Assembly: GCA_965197415.1 (NCBI GenBank)
Contig: OZ240207.1
Location: 2,709,853 to 2,773,852 of the forward strand
Length of the DNA stretch: 64,000 nucleotides
Reading direction: 5' to 3'
From: Dehalococcoidia bacterium
GTDB taxonomy: Bacteria; Chloroflexota; Dehalococcoidia; Lucifugimonadales; JAGWBF01
Under the pieces are notes generated by a model that was given only the letters and a program-made list of their open reading frames with translations, did no database searches and was not told the DNA's origin. The translations under genes were made by a program, and so were the position numbers. Positions 1 through 8,898 of the stretch are shown one piece after another. Position 1 is the first letter of the stretch, and each line of letters starts with the position of its first letter.

Positions 1-291
1 GTGGTCATGCCCATGCTTATGGGGATGAACCGGGGCCGCTATTTCCTTTTCACCGGTCAGACCCTGGACGCCAACGAGGCCAAGGAGTTGGGGCTGGTCA
101 ACGAGGTGCTGCCCAAGGACCAAGTGTTGCCCAGGGCGTGGGAGCTGGCGGAGACGCTGGCGGCCCGGCCAAGGCTGCTGGTGAACTACACACGAGTGGC
201 GGTGGCGCAAATCATCAAGAAGCAGATGCAGGACCTGCTGGGATACGGCTTGGTCCTAGAAGGGCTGGCCCAGATGGACGATCCGGCCTAA
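1..291 (+). CDS. enoyl-CoA hydratase/isomerase (crotonase) family protein, C-terminal fragment truncated by the window edge
   Basis: The translation FTGQTLDANEAKELGLVNEVLPKDQVLPRAWELAETLA is the typical C-terminal helical part of crotonase-fold enzymes. The ORF runs off the 5' edge of the window. Confidence 0.7.
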   Translation: MVMPMLMGMNRGRYFLFTGQTLDANEAKELGLVNEVLPKDQVLPRAWELAETLAARPRLLVNYTRVAVAQIIKKQMQDLLGYGLVLEGLAQMDDPA

Positions 292-341
292 GAGCCTTGT
301 TACCACGTGTGGACCCTACTCTGTCGGGAAACCCCTGCCTA

Positions 342-427
342 CCCCCTCTCCCTCTGGGAGAGGGTTGGGGTGAGGGCTGTCCGCCACTTTGGAGGAGTTC
401 CTGGATACCGGCCTTCGCCGGTATGAC
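342..427. repeat. REP-like intergenic element made of two hairpin modules
   Basis: Module A is ccctctccc-tct-gggagaggg (344-364, 9-bp stem) followed by ttggggtgaggg. Module B is ataccggc-cttc-gccggtat (405-424, 8-bp stem). Both modules recur at 1570-1709. Confidence 0.65.
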
Positions 428-464
428 GAAAGTTGCGCGCAGGTCTTCGTAGAGAGAGGTGGGG

Positions 465-1556
465 CTAGCGATAGCCCCGGTGAGGGCCGAGAGGTTCCAG
501 CTTGGCTGTGACCTCTGCGTGAGCGTCGTCGTCGCCTTCCAGGCTGACCTTGGTCCCAGGCTCGGCGAGTTCAGGCCGGACGTAGCCTAAGCCGACGGCT
601 CCGCTTCCGTCTGACAGAGGGACCAGGGAAGTCACGAGGCCGACCTGCCGGCCATTGGCCATGAGCTTGGAGCCGAAGTCGACATCGGCGCCCGGCGGGA
701 ACCGCAGCGAGACGAAGCTCTTCTGCACCTTCTGGTAGGTGTCCAGCCGGGCGATGACTTCCTGCCCGATGTAGCAGCCCTTGGTGAAGCTGATGGAGCC
801 CCACAGTCCCGTTTCCAGGGGGTTGTAGCTCTCGCTCATGTCCACCCCGCCCTCAGGCGCTCCGGCTTGGACTCTAGCGGCGTGGTAGGCTTCCTGTCCG
901 GTGGGTCTGGCGCCCAGAGACAGCAAACTGCTCCAGACTTCAGTGGCGTCCTCGGCTTGGAATACGACGTCGGCCCGGGGGAGTCGGCCCAGGGTCCGGC
1001 GAACGACCTGTACGGAAGCGTTCCCAAGGACGACGCTAGCTATCGAGTCTGCTTCGATAGCGCTGCCAGGAAATGCCTTGGCCAGGAAGTCGGGGAGTTG
1101 GGGGCCTATAAGTGAGGCCATCCCGGTGGAGTGGGTCACGTCGTCCAACTCGATGTCTTCGATGATGGTGTACTTGTCAATCCACTCTATGACCCGCTGC
1201 GAGGTCTGAGGGCTGGTGAGAATCAGGAATCCGTCGCCGGTGTTGTAGACCCAGATAAGGTCGAGAATCCGGCCCTTGTCGGTGGTGAGGACCGTGTGGG
1301 CACCTTTGCCGGAAGCCAGGTTCTCCACTTCGTTAGTGGAGATGCGGTTGAGAAGGTCCAGCACGTCGGGGCCAGTTGCCATGATGCGTCCAACATGGGA
1401 CATGTCGAGTAGGCCGGTTCCCTGGGTCAGAGCGGTTAGCTCGGCCTCTACGTCTCCGAAGGACGCCGGAAGCTCCCAACCTGACTCAACTGCGTAATGG
1501 GCCCCAGAGGTAAGTGTGGCTTGGTGCAGTGGGGTCTTGGTTGCGGTGGTTGTCAT
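465..1556 (-). CDS. folate-binding aminomethyltransferase-family protein (YgfZ/GcvT-like)
   Basis: The 363-aa ORF has the GcvT-fold N-terminus (LLDMSHVGRI) and the YgfZ signature KGCYIGQE near the C-terminus. Confidence 0.8.
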   Translation of the reverse strand: MTTTATKTPLHQATLTSGAHYAVESGWELPASFGDVEAELTALTQGTGLLDMSHVGRIMATGPDVLDLLNRISTNEVENLASGKGAHTVLTTDKGRILDLIWVYNTGDGFLILTSPQTSQRVIEWIDKYTIIEDIELDDVTHSTGMASLIGPQLPDFLAKAFPGSAIEADSIASVVLGNASVQVVRRTLGRLPRADVVFQAEDATEVWSSLLSLGARPTGQEAYHAARVQAGAPEGGVDMSESYNPLETGLWGSISFTKGCYIGQEVIARLDTYQKVQKSFVSLRFPPGADVDFGSKLMANGRQVGLVTSLVPLSDGSGAVGLGYVRPELAEPGTKVSLEGDDDAHAEVTAKLEPLGPHRGYR

Positions 1557-1569
1557 GGTGGCTTGGTTG

Positions 1570-1709
1570 CCCTCACCCCAACCCTCTCCCCCCGGGAGAG
1601 GGGGATAAGGAAATGTTGGTTTCTGGATTCCGGCCTTCGCCGGAATGACGGTCGTGAGTTATGCAGCCAGTATACTCCTTCCCCCTCTGGGGGAAGGTTG
1701 GGATGGGGG
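1570..1709. repeat. REP-like intergenic element cluster (three hairpin modules)
   Basis: Three modules are present. (1) ccctcaccccaa + ccctctccc-ccc-gggagaggg (1582-1602) is module A inverted. (2) attccggc-cttc-gccggaat (1627-1646) is module B in the same orientation as the 405-424 copy, with compensatory a/t swaps. (3) ccttccccc-tct-gggggaagg + ttgggatggggg (1677-1709) is a module A variant with compensatory stem changes. Confidence 0.65.
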
Positions 1710-1718
1710 CGGCTCCCC

Positions 1719-2075
1719 CTATACGCCGAAGGAGTTGCCGCAGCCGCAGCTTTTGGCCGCGTTGGGGTTTTCGAAAACGAAACCCTTGCCGTTCAGACCG
1801 TCGGAGAAGTCCAGGGTGGTCCCGGCGATATAGATGTAGCTCTTCTTGTCTATGAAGACTCTGACGCCGTTGTTGTCCACCACCTTGACTTCCGGGTCGG
1901 GGTCTTTCTCGATGCTCAGCGTGTACAACAGGCCTGAGCAGCCGCCGCCTTTGACTCCCACCTTGACGTAGAAGTCGTCTTCAAGCCCTTCTTTCTGGGC
2001 GAAGCGCGTCAGCATCTTGGACGCTTTGTCGGTTATCCCGATGGTAAGGGTGCCGTCTTCTGCAACCGATGTCAT
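1719..2075 (-). CDS. A-type iron-sulfur cluster carrier (IscA/ErpA/HesB family)
   Basis: The 118-aa ORF has GGGCSG and a C-terminal CGCGNSF motif, which supply the three conserved Cys. An AGGAGG RBS precedes the ATG. Confidence 0.9.
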   Translation of the reverse strand: MTSVAEDGTLTIGITDKASKMLTRFAQKEGLEDDFYVKVGVKGGGCSGLLYTLSIEKDPDPEVKVVDNNGVRVFIDKKSYIYIAGTTLDFSDGLNGKGFVFENPNAAKSCGCGNSFGV

Positions 2076-2186
2076 TGCCGCCTCCTGATCCTCCGCGGGC
2101 CGTTAGTCTGATTATACTCGCTCTATGGGCCTGCGAGTCAACTCGCTGGGTTTCACGTAAGGCTGCAAACCGCAATTTGGTCAGCG

Positions 2187-2990
2187 CTAAGTGAACTCAG
2201 GCGCACGGAAAACAGAGGTGGCGATGTTCATGGCTGCTCTGGCTGGCATGACGCCGACATAAAGCGACAGGTGGATGAACATTTCCATGAGTTCGGTCTT
2301 TGTGACACCCACTCTGATGGAACCCTCGATAGTCCGGCGGATTACGTTGTCGTATCGACCCTGGGCGACCGTGGACGCCAGGGTACAAATGGCCCTGCTC
2401 TTGGTGTCCAGCCCCGGGCGCGTCCAAATTGATCCCCAGTAGTATTCGGTCATCAGGTCGTCCAACTCCTTTTCCTCAGGAGTCGGCTCGGAGGTATGGT
2501 ATCCGAACACGTCGGGCATCAGTTCTTCGTGGCGTCGAAACCCCTGGAGATACCGTTCCTCCAACGAGACGCTGCTGTCATACACCTCGGTGGCCTTGTA
2601 TTGTATCCCACGCTCTTCGAATACCTCTTTGGCGATGGCCAGGCCCCGGTGACCGGCGGGGATGCCCGCGTTGAACGAGGCCATCATCAACACTTCCACG
2701 ATTTCGTCGGCGGCGACGCCGACGTCAAGGCAGACTCGTATGGCGGACCTGACCTGGGTGTCGGTGCGTTGGGCGGCCATAGCCGACAGAGTGATCATAG
2801 CTCTGTATTTTGTGTCCAAGCCCTCCCGGGTCCACACAGTTCCGTATAGAAACTCGGTGGTTATCTTGTACATGTCGGGGGCCAACTCGTAGGCGGAAGG
2901 AACGGAACCCTCGAAAGACCGGCCGCCCCCTCCCGCCAGAAGTGAACGGGTCTCTTTGCCCTTTTGGAAACGTTCATCGGAAGTGGTCAA
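2187..2990 (-). CDS. carboxymuconolactone decarboxylase (AhpD-like) family protein with two CMD domains
   Basis: Two copies of the CMD-type segment are present (GTVWTREGLDTKYRAMITL and GSIWTRPGLDTKSRAICTL). The ORF extends to 3065, but a TTG at 2990 preceded by GGAGG gives an N-terminus (TTSDERFQKG) typical of the family. Confidence 0.75.
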   Translation of the reverse strand: MTTSDERFQKGKETRSLLAGGGGRSFEGSVPSAYELAPDMYKITTEFLYGTVWTREGLDTKYRAMITLSAMAAQRTDTQVRSAIRVCLDVGVAADEIVEVLMMASFNAGIPAGHRGLAIAKEVFEERGIQYKATEVYDSSVSLEERYLQGFRRHEELMPDVFGYHTSEPTPEEKELDDLMTEYYWGSIWTRPGLDTKSRAICTLASTVAQGRYDNVIRRTIEGSIRVGVTKTELMEMFIHLSLYVGVMPARAAMNIATSVFRAPEFT

Positions 2991-3158
2991 TGTGGGGTTA
3001 GCCTCCAATCTATCGGTTGCACCGACAAAAATAACATAAAATGGCAATCTGCCCAAGGCGCCCAAGTCGTGGTGCGGTTTCTACGGGACCTGGGGGGCGG
3101 TTCGACAAGCTCACCGCGAACGGCTAGTGCGGAATGGCTGGCAGGTCTTGGGGTGTCG

Positions 3159-3458
3159 TTACAGGGTGGATGACTCAATCTCGAAGATCTTGACCCAGTA
3201 CTCGCCGGTGTGGAGATGGTCCACAGACCTGGACGCCTCGGTCCGGGGTTCACTTCTGTCGTATTCCCGCAGGGCGTCCAGATTGTCCCACACCGTGATG
3301 GACATTCCCTCGTCAGGGTTCTCAGTGCTGAGCAGCAGTTGGCGGCCCTTGAAGCCCTCGACGTCTTTGGTGATGCGATCGGCGGCTTCGTTGTAGTGGG
3401 AAACATATTCTCCCCAAGCGCCGCGCTTGAGCCTTCCCCAAATCATGCGAACGTACAT
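3159..3458 (-). CDS. antibiotic-biosynthesis-monooxygenase (ABM/Dabb) fold protein
   Basis: The 99-aa ORF has a ferredoxin-like pattern (MYVRMIWGRLK...ITVWDNLDALREY). A strong GGAGGAGG RBS lies 5 nt upstream of the ATG. Confidence 0.6.
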   Translation of the reverse strand: MYVRMIWGRLKRGAWGEYVSHYNEAADRITKDVEGFKGRQLLLSTENPDEGMSITVWDNLDALREYDRSEPRTEASRSVDHLHTGEYWVKIFEIESSTL

Positions 3459-3546
3459 GTCGGCCTCCTCCGAAGAATATCGCCCAGCTGTCGGCTCCAG
3501 ATATCTATATTATAATAACGATATTGAATATCCACAATACGTTGTA

Positions 3547-3584
3547 ACGAAAAGAGCCCAGGCCCGTGTTCAAGGGCCTGGGCT
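3547..3584 (-). terminator. rho-independent terminator downstream of the LLM oxidoreductase gene
   Basis: A perfect 11-bp stem, agcccaggccc (3555-3565) pairing with gggcctgggct (3574-3584), has an 8-nt loop. On the minus strand it is followed by tcttttcg. Confidence 0.7.
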
Positions 3585-3612
3585 GATCTTGGTATGGTTA
3601 CGTAGTCGGCGC

Positions 3613-4806
3613 TTAGTCTGCCGCGGCGGGGGCGGTTACGCTGCCGGCGAACTTGGGCATCACCTGGGCTGCGAACCTCTCTATTTGCTCGACGATGACC
3701 TGCTGCTTGGCGCCGACGGGTAAGCCCGCCATCACCGTTTCAAGGCCCGGGTAGGCGGCTTCGATGGTTTTCAACGACTCAACGATGTCTTCAGGGGTCC
3801 CTGCCAGGAACCCGCCGCCCTTGACGGCGCCTTCGATGTCCGGCAGGCCCGCCATGGGGGCGCGTTTAGGGTCCGACATGATTTCGACCTGCTCGTCGGA
3901 CAGGCTTCTGACCAGGCGCAGCGGGCCGAACATCTTGAGGTTCTCCTGGTACAGCTTGCGGCCCTCTTCCATAGCCTTTTCCCTGGAGTCGTCCATGTAG
4001 AACTGGTAGCCGATGGCCAGGTCCTCGCCCAGCTTGGCGTCGGTGCGTCCAGCGCGCACCAAGGCGTCCCTCCATGACTCCACAACCTGGCTGACGGCTC
4101 CGCCCTCGGCCACTCCGCCGCCGATGATGCCCTTGATGCCATGCTTGGCCATGAAGTCCAGGGCGCGCAGGCTGGCGCCCTGTATCGGCTGCCACGTCTC
4201 GACGGGCAAGGTCTTGGGCCTGGGGACCAGGGTTATCTTTTCCAGGGTGTACCCGCGGTAGGGGGTAACGGGCGGGGGTATCTCGTAATACTTGCCCCTG
4301 TGGGAGAAGGACTCTTCGTTGAAGGCTTTGAAGATGATTTCCACCTGCTCCTCGAAGAGGTCCCTGTTGCCGGGTTGGTCCCGGAGGGGGGCGTCGAAGG
4401 TTTCCACCTCTCTGGTGTGGTAGCCACGGCCTACACCAAACGTGACCCTGCCGCCCGTCAAGTAGTCTGCGGTGGCAAAGTCCTCGGCCAGCCTCAAGGG
4501 GTGCCACATGGGGGCGATGTTGAAGCCGCACCCGATGCGGATGTGGTCAGTTACGTGGGCTAAGTGAACGGCCAGCATGAGCAAGTTAGGGATGCACTCG
4601 TATCCCTCGGGTTGGAAATGGTGTTCGGCCATCCAGAAGGTGTGAAAGCCGTTGCTGTCCAGGGTCTTGGCTATGGCTTCGGCCTTGTCGAAAACAGTCA
4701 GGAGGTGGTCGTTGGTGAACCGACGGTCGTTCACCGCCGTGCCAGCGTATCCGATGTTGTCCATGTCCACGTGGCCGGCGTATAGGCTGTCGAACTTGCT
4801 TATCAT
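3613..4806 (-). CDS. LLM-class (luciferase-like) flavin-dependent oxidoreductase
   Basis: The segment FWMAEHHFQPEGYECIPN...GRVTFGVGRGYHTREVE is typical of bacterial luciferase-like monooxygenases. The ORF extends to 4851, but the ATG at 4806 has an AGGAG RBS. Confidence 0.85.
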   Translation of the reverse strand: MISKFDSLYAGHVDMDNIGYAGTAVNDRRFTNDHLLTVFDKAEAIAKTLDSNGFHTFWMAEHHFQPEGYECIPNLLMLAVHLAHVTDHIRIGCGFNIAPMWHPLRLAEDFATADYLTGGRVTFGVGRGYHTREVETFDAPLRDQPGNRDLFEEQVEIIFKAFNEESFSHRGKYYEIPPPVTPYRGYTLEKITLVPRPKTLPVETWQPIQGASLRALDFMAKHGIKGIIGGGVAEGGAVSQVVESWRDALVRAGRTDAKLGEDLAIGYQFYMDDSREKAMEEGRKLYQENLKMFGPLRLVRSLSDEQVEIMSDPKRAPMAGLPDIEGAVKGGGFLAGTPEDIVESLKTIEAAYPGLETVMAGLPVGAKQQVIVEQIERFAAQVMPKFAGSVTAPAAAD

Positions 4807-4957
4807 GGGGCGGCTCCTACAAAAGAGTGTGGGGTCGGCGCTTTTGCCCAATTGTAGAAACCTGCCTTTTAGGTGTCAACTTGTCGAATTGGGACATAGA
4901 GAACGGCGCCGGTGCGAACACCGGCGCCGTTTGTCTTGCGGGATGCGCTGCAGCGGT

Positions 4958-5389
4958 CTATTCGACCCGTCCCGGCATCCGGTCCGGGAACCCCATGCCC
5001 ACGACCTGCACGTTGATTTCCTTGGCCACCAGGCCGCAGAACTCCAGCAAGCGGCGGGCCACGTTCTGCCTGGCCTGGACCACTACTGAGGGTATGGAGT
5101 GGCCGTAGAGGACGTGGATTTCTATGTCCAGTATGGCCTCACGCCTCCCGGCCTCCACCGTCACGCCCCTGGCGCGTTGGTTGGCCATGCCGAGCAGTTC
5201 GCCGACATTTTTTCGTATCGACGTGGTCCCCAGAGAGGTGATGCCGTCGACTTCCCTGCAAGCAACCCCGGCAATGGCCGCGATTACTTCATCATCGATG
5301 GAGGTCTCGCCGTTGACCGTTATCTCGGACACTGTCTCCAGTTCGGCGAGCTTGGTCTCCATCTCCCGGTCTATAACATTCTGTAACAT
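4958..5389 (-). CDS. Asp23/Gls24 family envelope stress protein
   Basis: The 143-aa ORF has IDDEVIAAIAGVACREVDGITSLG and a C-terminal INVQVVGM, both typical of the Asp23 family. Confidence 0.85.
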   Translation of the reverse strand: MLQNVIDREMETKLAELETVSEITVNGETSIDDEVIAAIAGVACREVDGITSLGTTSIRKNVGELLGMANQRARGVTVEAGRREAILDIEIHVLYGHSIPSVVVQARQNVARRLLEFCGLVAKEINVQVVGMGFPDRMPGRVE

Positions 5390-5440
5390 GATGATTGCTC
5401 CTTGGTTGTGAATCTGTTGGGCTGGGCTTAGGGGCCGGGC

Positions 5441-5932
5441 TTACCGTACCCGGCCCGGCATGGAGTCGCTGAACTCCAGGGCGGCCACCCGCACGTTGAT
5501 TTCCTTGGCTATCAGGCCGCATATCTTCAAAACCCTGTCGGCCACGTTCTGCCTGAGATTGGTCACTACGTGGGGGATGCTGACGCCGTAGTAGACCCGT
5601 ATGGTGAGGTCGAGAATCGCTTCCCTCTTTCCGGCCTCCACGGTGACGCCTCTGGCTTGCCTGTTGGCTCCGGAGAACCGTTCGGACAACACCCGCCCTA
5701 TGGAGCTGGTGCCCACGTCGGCCACGCCGTCGACTTCCTTCGCGGCAACGCTTGCCACTGCCGCAATCACCTCGTCGTAAATGTTGGTCGAACCTTCCAC
5801 GGGAATGGAGGTGATTTTGCTGATCTCTTCCATCCTGGGGAGCATTTCGAGGTCTCGGACCGTCAGTTCGCTCATCACGGGCGCCGAGTTTGCCGAGTCT
5901 ACCGTCCGTTGGGTGTCTTGCTGTGCGGTCAT
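5441..5932 (-). CDS. Asp23/Gls24 family protein (second paralogue)
   Basis: The motifs YDEVIAAVASVAAKEVDGVADVG and EINVRVAAL match the Asp23 family. I chose the ATG at 5932 because AGGAGG lies 7 nt upstream, although the ORF extends to 6007. Confidence 0.8.
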   Translation of the reverse strand: MTAQQDTQRTVDSANSAPVMSELTVRDLEMLPRMEEISKITSIPVEGSTNIYDEVIAAVASVAAKEVDGVADVGTSSIGRVLSERFSGANRQARGVTVEAGKREAILDLTIRVYYGVSIPHVVTNLRQNVADRVLKICGLIAKEINVRVAALEFSDSMPGRVR

Positions 5933-6214
5933 GTCAATGCCTCCTATGTGATTTAGTGTTTGTTCAAAGTTGGGATTCGTCATAAACTCACCGCAACCAA
6001 TGAACATTGACCGAAACTGTTGTCAAGGCGAGAAGACGCGGGCCAGCTCCGGTGGGCCCTTCCGGTTCCCAATTGGTTCGAAATATATCGTATCTTGCTT
6101 TTGTTACGTCTGCTAACCTATGTTTATATAATACACCATATTACTATATTTATGCAAGGGCCCCGAACGACCACGCGAAAAGTAGGGTTCTCGATTGTGG
6201 CCGGAAGGAGTTTC

Positions 6215-7192
6215 ATGGGACTTGGGCTGTGCATCGCGGGATGCGGCAAGTACGCATATACCGTCTCAAGGGCCATTCAGGGAATGGAAGAGTTGGACTT
6301 GTTTTACGCATCACGCGACCTGGAACGGGCGCGTTACTATTGCGACCGTTTCCGGGGAAAGGGTTTCTTTGCCAGCTACGAGGATGCGGCGGCGGACCCG
6401 AGAGTGGAGGCCATGTACTTTGTGACTCCCCATCATTTGCACAAGGACCACGCCCTGCTGGCCGTAAGCCGCTCCAAGCATATCCTGATGGAGAAGCCTA
6501 TCGCCCGGACGCTGGAGGAAGCGGAAGCCATGCGCGCCGCCGCCACAGATGCCGGCTTGAAGTTTATGGTGGCGGAGAATGCGCGGTTCATTCCGTCGGT
6601 GAGGAAGTGCAAGGAACTGTTGAACAGCGGGGCCATCGGCCGGCCGAGAATCATCCAGGCGCAAGCAGAGGAGGACCAGCTGGCCGACGACTGGCGGAAC
6701 AGCCTGGAAATGAACGGCGGCGGCGTCCTAATCGACGGAGGCATTCATGTTGTGGACAACCTGGTCCACATGGGAGGAATGCCGTCCAGGGTCTACGCCA
6801 GAATTCTTCCCAGCGTATCCCCTGAAATGGATGGGGAAGACGGTATGGCAGTCATTGTTGACTTCGGGGATGGAGCGACAGGCTTGATTAACTTTTCCAC
6901 CGGCAACACGGTCAGTTCCAGAAAGGCGGAGATCGTCATTACGGGCGTCCAGGGCCGGATCAGCGTCAACATACTCCAGGGGAGGGTCACGTTGGAGGAC
7001 TCGACAGGCGCAACCGAGTTCCAGTTCGACGCGACTGACATGGGCTGGCGGGACATGTTCACCGAGTTCGTCGGCTGCATCCAGGAAGATAGGGAACCCG
7101 GCTTTTCCGTTGAGGATGCGGCCCTCGACTTGAGAGTGGTCCTTGCCGCTTACGAATCAGCGTCCAGGGGGTCGCCGGTGGATCTTGTGTAG
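6215..7192 (+). CDS. Gfo/Idh/MocA family NAD(P)-dependent oxidoreductase
   Basis: The gene has a Rossmann N-terminus (GLCIAGCGKYA) and the family EKP motif (HILMEKPIARTLEEAEAM). The ATG at 6215 is preceded by GGAAGGAG. The upstream part of the ORF (6020-6214) is an AT-rich promoter region. Confidence 0.85.
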   Translation: MGLGLCIAGCGKYAYTVSRAIQGMEELDLFYASRDLERARYYCDRFRGKGFFASYEDAAADPRVEAMYFVTPHHLHKDHALLAVSRSKHILMEKPIARTLEEAEAMRAAATDAGLKFMVAENARFIPSVRKCKELLNSGAIGRPRIIQAQAEEDQLADDWRNSLEMNGGGVLIDGGIHVVDNLVHMGGMPSRVYARILPSVSPEMDGEDGMAVIVDFGDGATGLINFSTGNTVSSRKAEIVITGVQGRISVNILQGRVTLEDSTGATEFQFDATDMGWRDMFTEFVGCIQEDREPGFSVEDAALDLRVVLAAYESASRGSPVDLV

Positions 7193-7294
7193 GAAAATGA
7201 GAGAGAAGGTCGATCACTGACATCAAGGGGTGGCGGAAGGGCCGTTAATGTTCTATATAATAGGCCCGAACAGTGTGGAAAGGCGGGAGGAACG

Positions 7295-8341
7295 ATGACA
7301 ACGGAGCGAGAGAAGTCCCTGGACATCGCCATAGCGCAAATCGAGCGCCAGTACGGCAAAGGCGCCATCATGCGTCTGGGCGCGGGGGCCGACAAGCTGG
7401 CCACCGAGGTGATTTCCACGGGCTGCCTGTCCCTGGACATGGCGTTGGGAGTGGGCGGAATTCCCAAGGGCAGGGTCTCAGAGATATTCGGGACTGAGTC
7501 GGCGGGCAAGTCCACCCTCGCGCTGCACATCATGGCGTCAACCCAGGCAACGGGCGGGACTGCCGCCTACATCGACGTGGAGCACGCCTTGGACCCGTCC
7601 TATGCGGCCAACTGCGGCGTCAAGATTGAAGACCTCCTAATTGCCCAGCCCGACAGCGCCGAGCAGGCCTTGGAGATAACGGAGTACCTGGTGCGGAGCG
7701 GCGCCGTGGACACGGTCATCGTGGACAGCGTGGCGGCTCTGGTGCCCAAGTCGGAGCTGGAAGGGGACATGGGAGACACCCACGTGGGTCTGCAGGCCAG
7801 GCTCATGTCCCAGGCGCTGCGAAAACTGACCGCCGCTATACACCACTCCAAGACGGCGGTGGTGTTCATCAACCAGCTTCGGGAGAAGGTGGGAGTGATT
7901 TACGGCAGCCCCGAGGTGACTCCAGGGGGCAGGGCGTTGAAGTTCTACAGCTCCGTGCGCATAGACCTGAGGCGGGCCGAGTCCATCAAGCAGGGCACAG
8001 AGGTGGTGGGCAGCAGGGTGCGCGCCCGCATCGTGAAGAACAAGGTTGCTCCGCCCTTCAGGACCGTCGAGTTCGACATCATGTTCAACCACGGCATCAG
8101 CAAAATGGGCGACCTGCTGGACCTGGGAGTGACCAAAGACATCGTCAAGAAGGCGGGCGCCTTCTACTCCTTTGGCGAAGTAAAACTGGGTCAGGGTCGC
8201 GAGAACTCCAAAGAGTTTCTTGAGCAGAACCCTGAGGTGGCCGCTCGGATAGAAGCTCTGGTCCGTGGGGACGACAAACCCTTGGACCTCGAACCTGTGA
8301 CGGTCGGCGAGCCGAAGCTGAATGGAGCCGCGAAGCTCTAG
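7295..8341 (+). CDS. recA: recombinase RecA
   Basis: The N-terminus ([22 protein letters not shown]), the Walker A motif (GTESAGKST) and overall collinearity with RecA support the call. Confidence 0.98.
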   Translation: MTTEREKSLDIAIAQIERQYGKGAIMRLGAGADKLATEVISTGCLSLDMALGVGGIPKGRVSEIFGTESAGKSTLALHIMASTQATGGTAAYIDVEHALDPSYAANCGVKIEDLLIAQPDSAEQALEITEYLVRSGAVDTVIVDSVAALVPKSELEGDMGDTHVGLQARLMSQALRKLTAAIHHSKTAVVFINQLREKVGVIYGSPEVTPGGRALKFYSSVRIDLRRAESIKQGTEVVGSRVRARIVKNKVAPPFRTVEFDIMFNHGISKMGDLLDLGVTKDIVKKAGAFYSFGEVKLGQGRENSKEFLEQNPEVAARIEALVRGDDKPLDLEPVTVGEPKLNGAAKL

Positions 8342-8352
8342 GGGGTTGCAGG

Positions 8353-8898
8353 CTAGCGAACGCGGTTTACGGCTACATATCCCGCCAAGCCGCCGAATAT
8401 CAGCAGGAAAAGCCAGTCGCTGACCGAGTCGGGCTTGGACATCACGATGACTACGATGATGGCCGCCGCCGTGCCGGCGCCGGCTATCATCGCCAAGGTC
8501 TGGCCGCGCTTTCGGTTCGTGGAGCGGCTGACCGCCTCACCTATCACGTAGCCTGCTGCGAAGGACACCAGCCAGGGGAGAAAGGGCACCGCCAGGTTGT
8601 CCAGAATGAACCACCAGAGGAACCCCGTGACTACGCCGGAAATAAGCCCTGCCAATAGGGCCTTCCCGGCGTAAGAGGGTTGCACGTCGTAGGTGGGGAG
8701 AGTGGTGACTCTGGCGCAGTCGGGACAGCGAGCCCCCACGGGGGTGGGTATCATGCATCGGGGGCAGATAGAGGTCGAACACCGCCCGCAGGCAAGCCCG
8801 GTTTCAATGGTGGGATGGCGGGCGCATCGGGCCAGTCCGGCGGCGTCGCCGGCTTCGTGCTCACGCCGGAAGGGTTCGTCGGGCTGATAGTCGGTCAA
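8353..8898 (-). CDS. membrane protein with an N-terminal B-box/zinc-ribbon (function unknown)
   Basis: Paired Cys motifs (CARHP...CGRC...CPRC...CPDC) are followed by 3-4 predicted TM helices. The start overlaps the plsY stop by 4 nt. Confidence 0.6.
   Translation of the reverse strand: MTDYQPDEPFRREHEAGDAAGLARCARHPTIETGLACGRCSTSICPRCMIPTPVGARCPDCARVTTLPTYDVQPSYAGKALLAGLISGVVTGFLWWFILDNLAVPFLPWLVSFAAGYVIGEAVSRSTNRKRGQTLAMIAGAGTAAAIIVVIVMSKPDSVSDWLFLLIFGGLAGYVAVNRVR

Noticed and set aside
6020-6214. An N-terminal extension of the Gfo/Idh/MocA ORF, and the overlapping 272-aa ORF 6007-6825
   Set aside because: The extension runs through an AT-rich promoter-like region and encodes an implausible peptide (ILLLLRLLTYVYIIHHITIF). 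A strong RBS and ATG at 6215 start exactly at the Rossmann motif.
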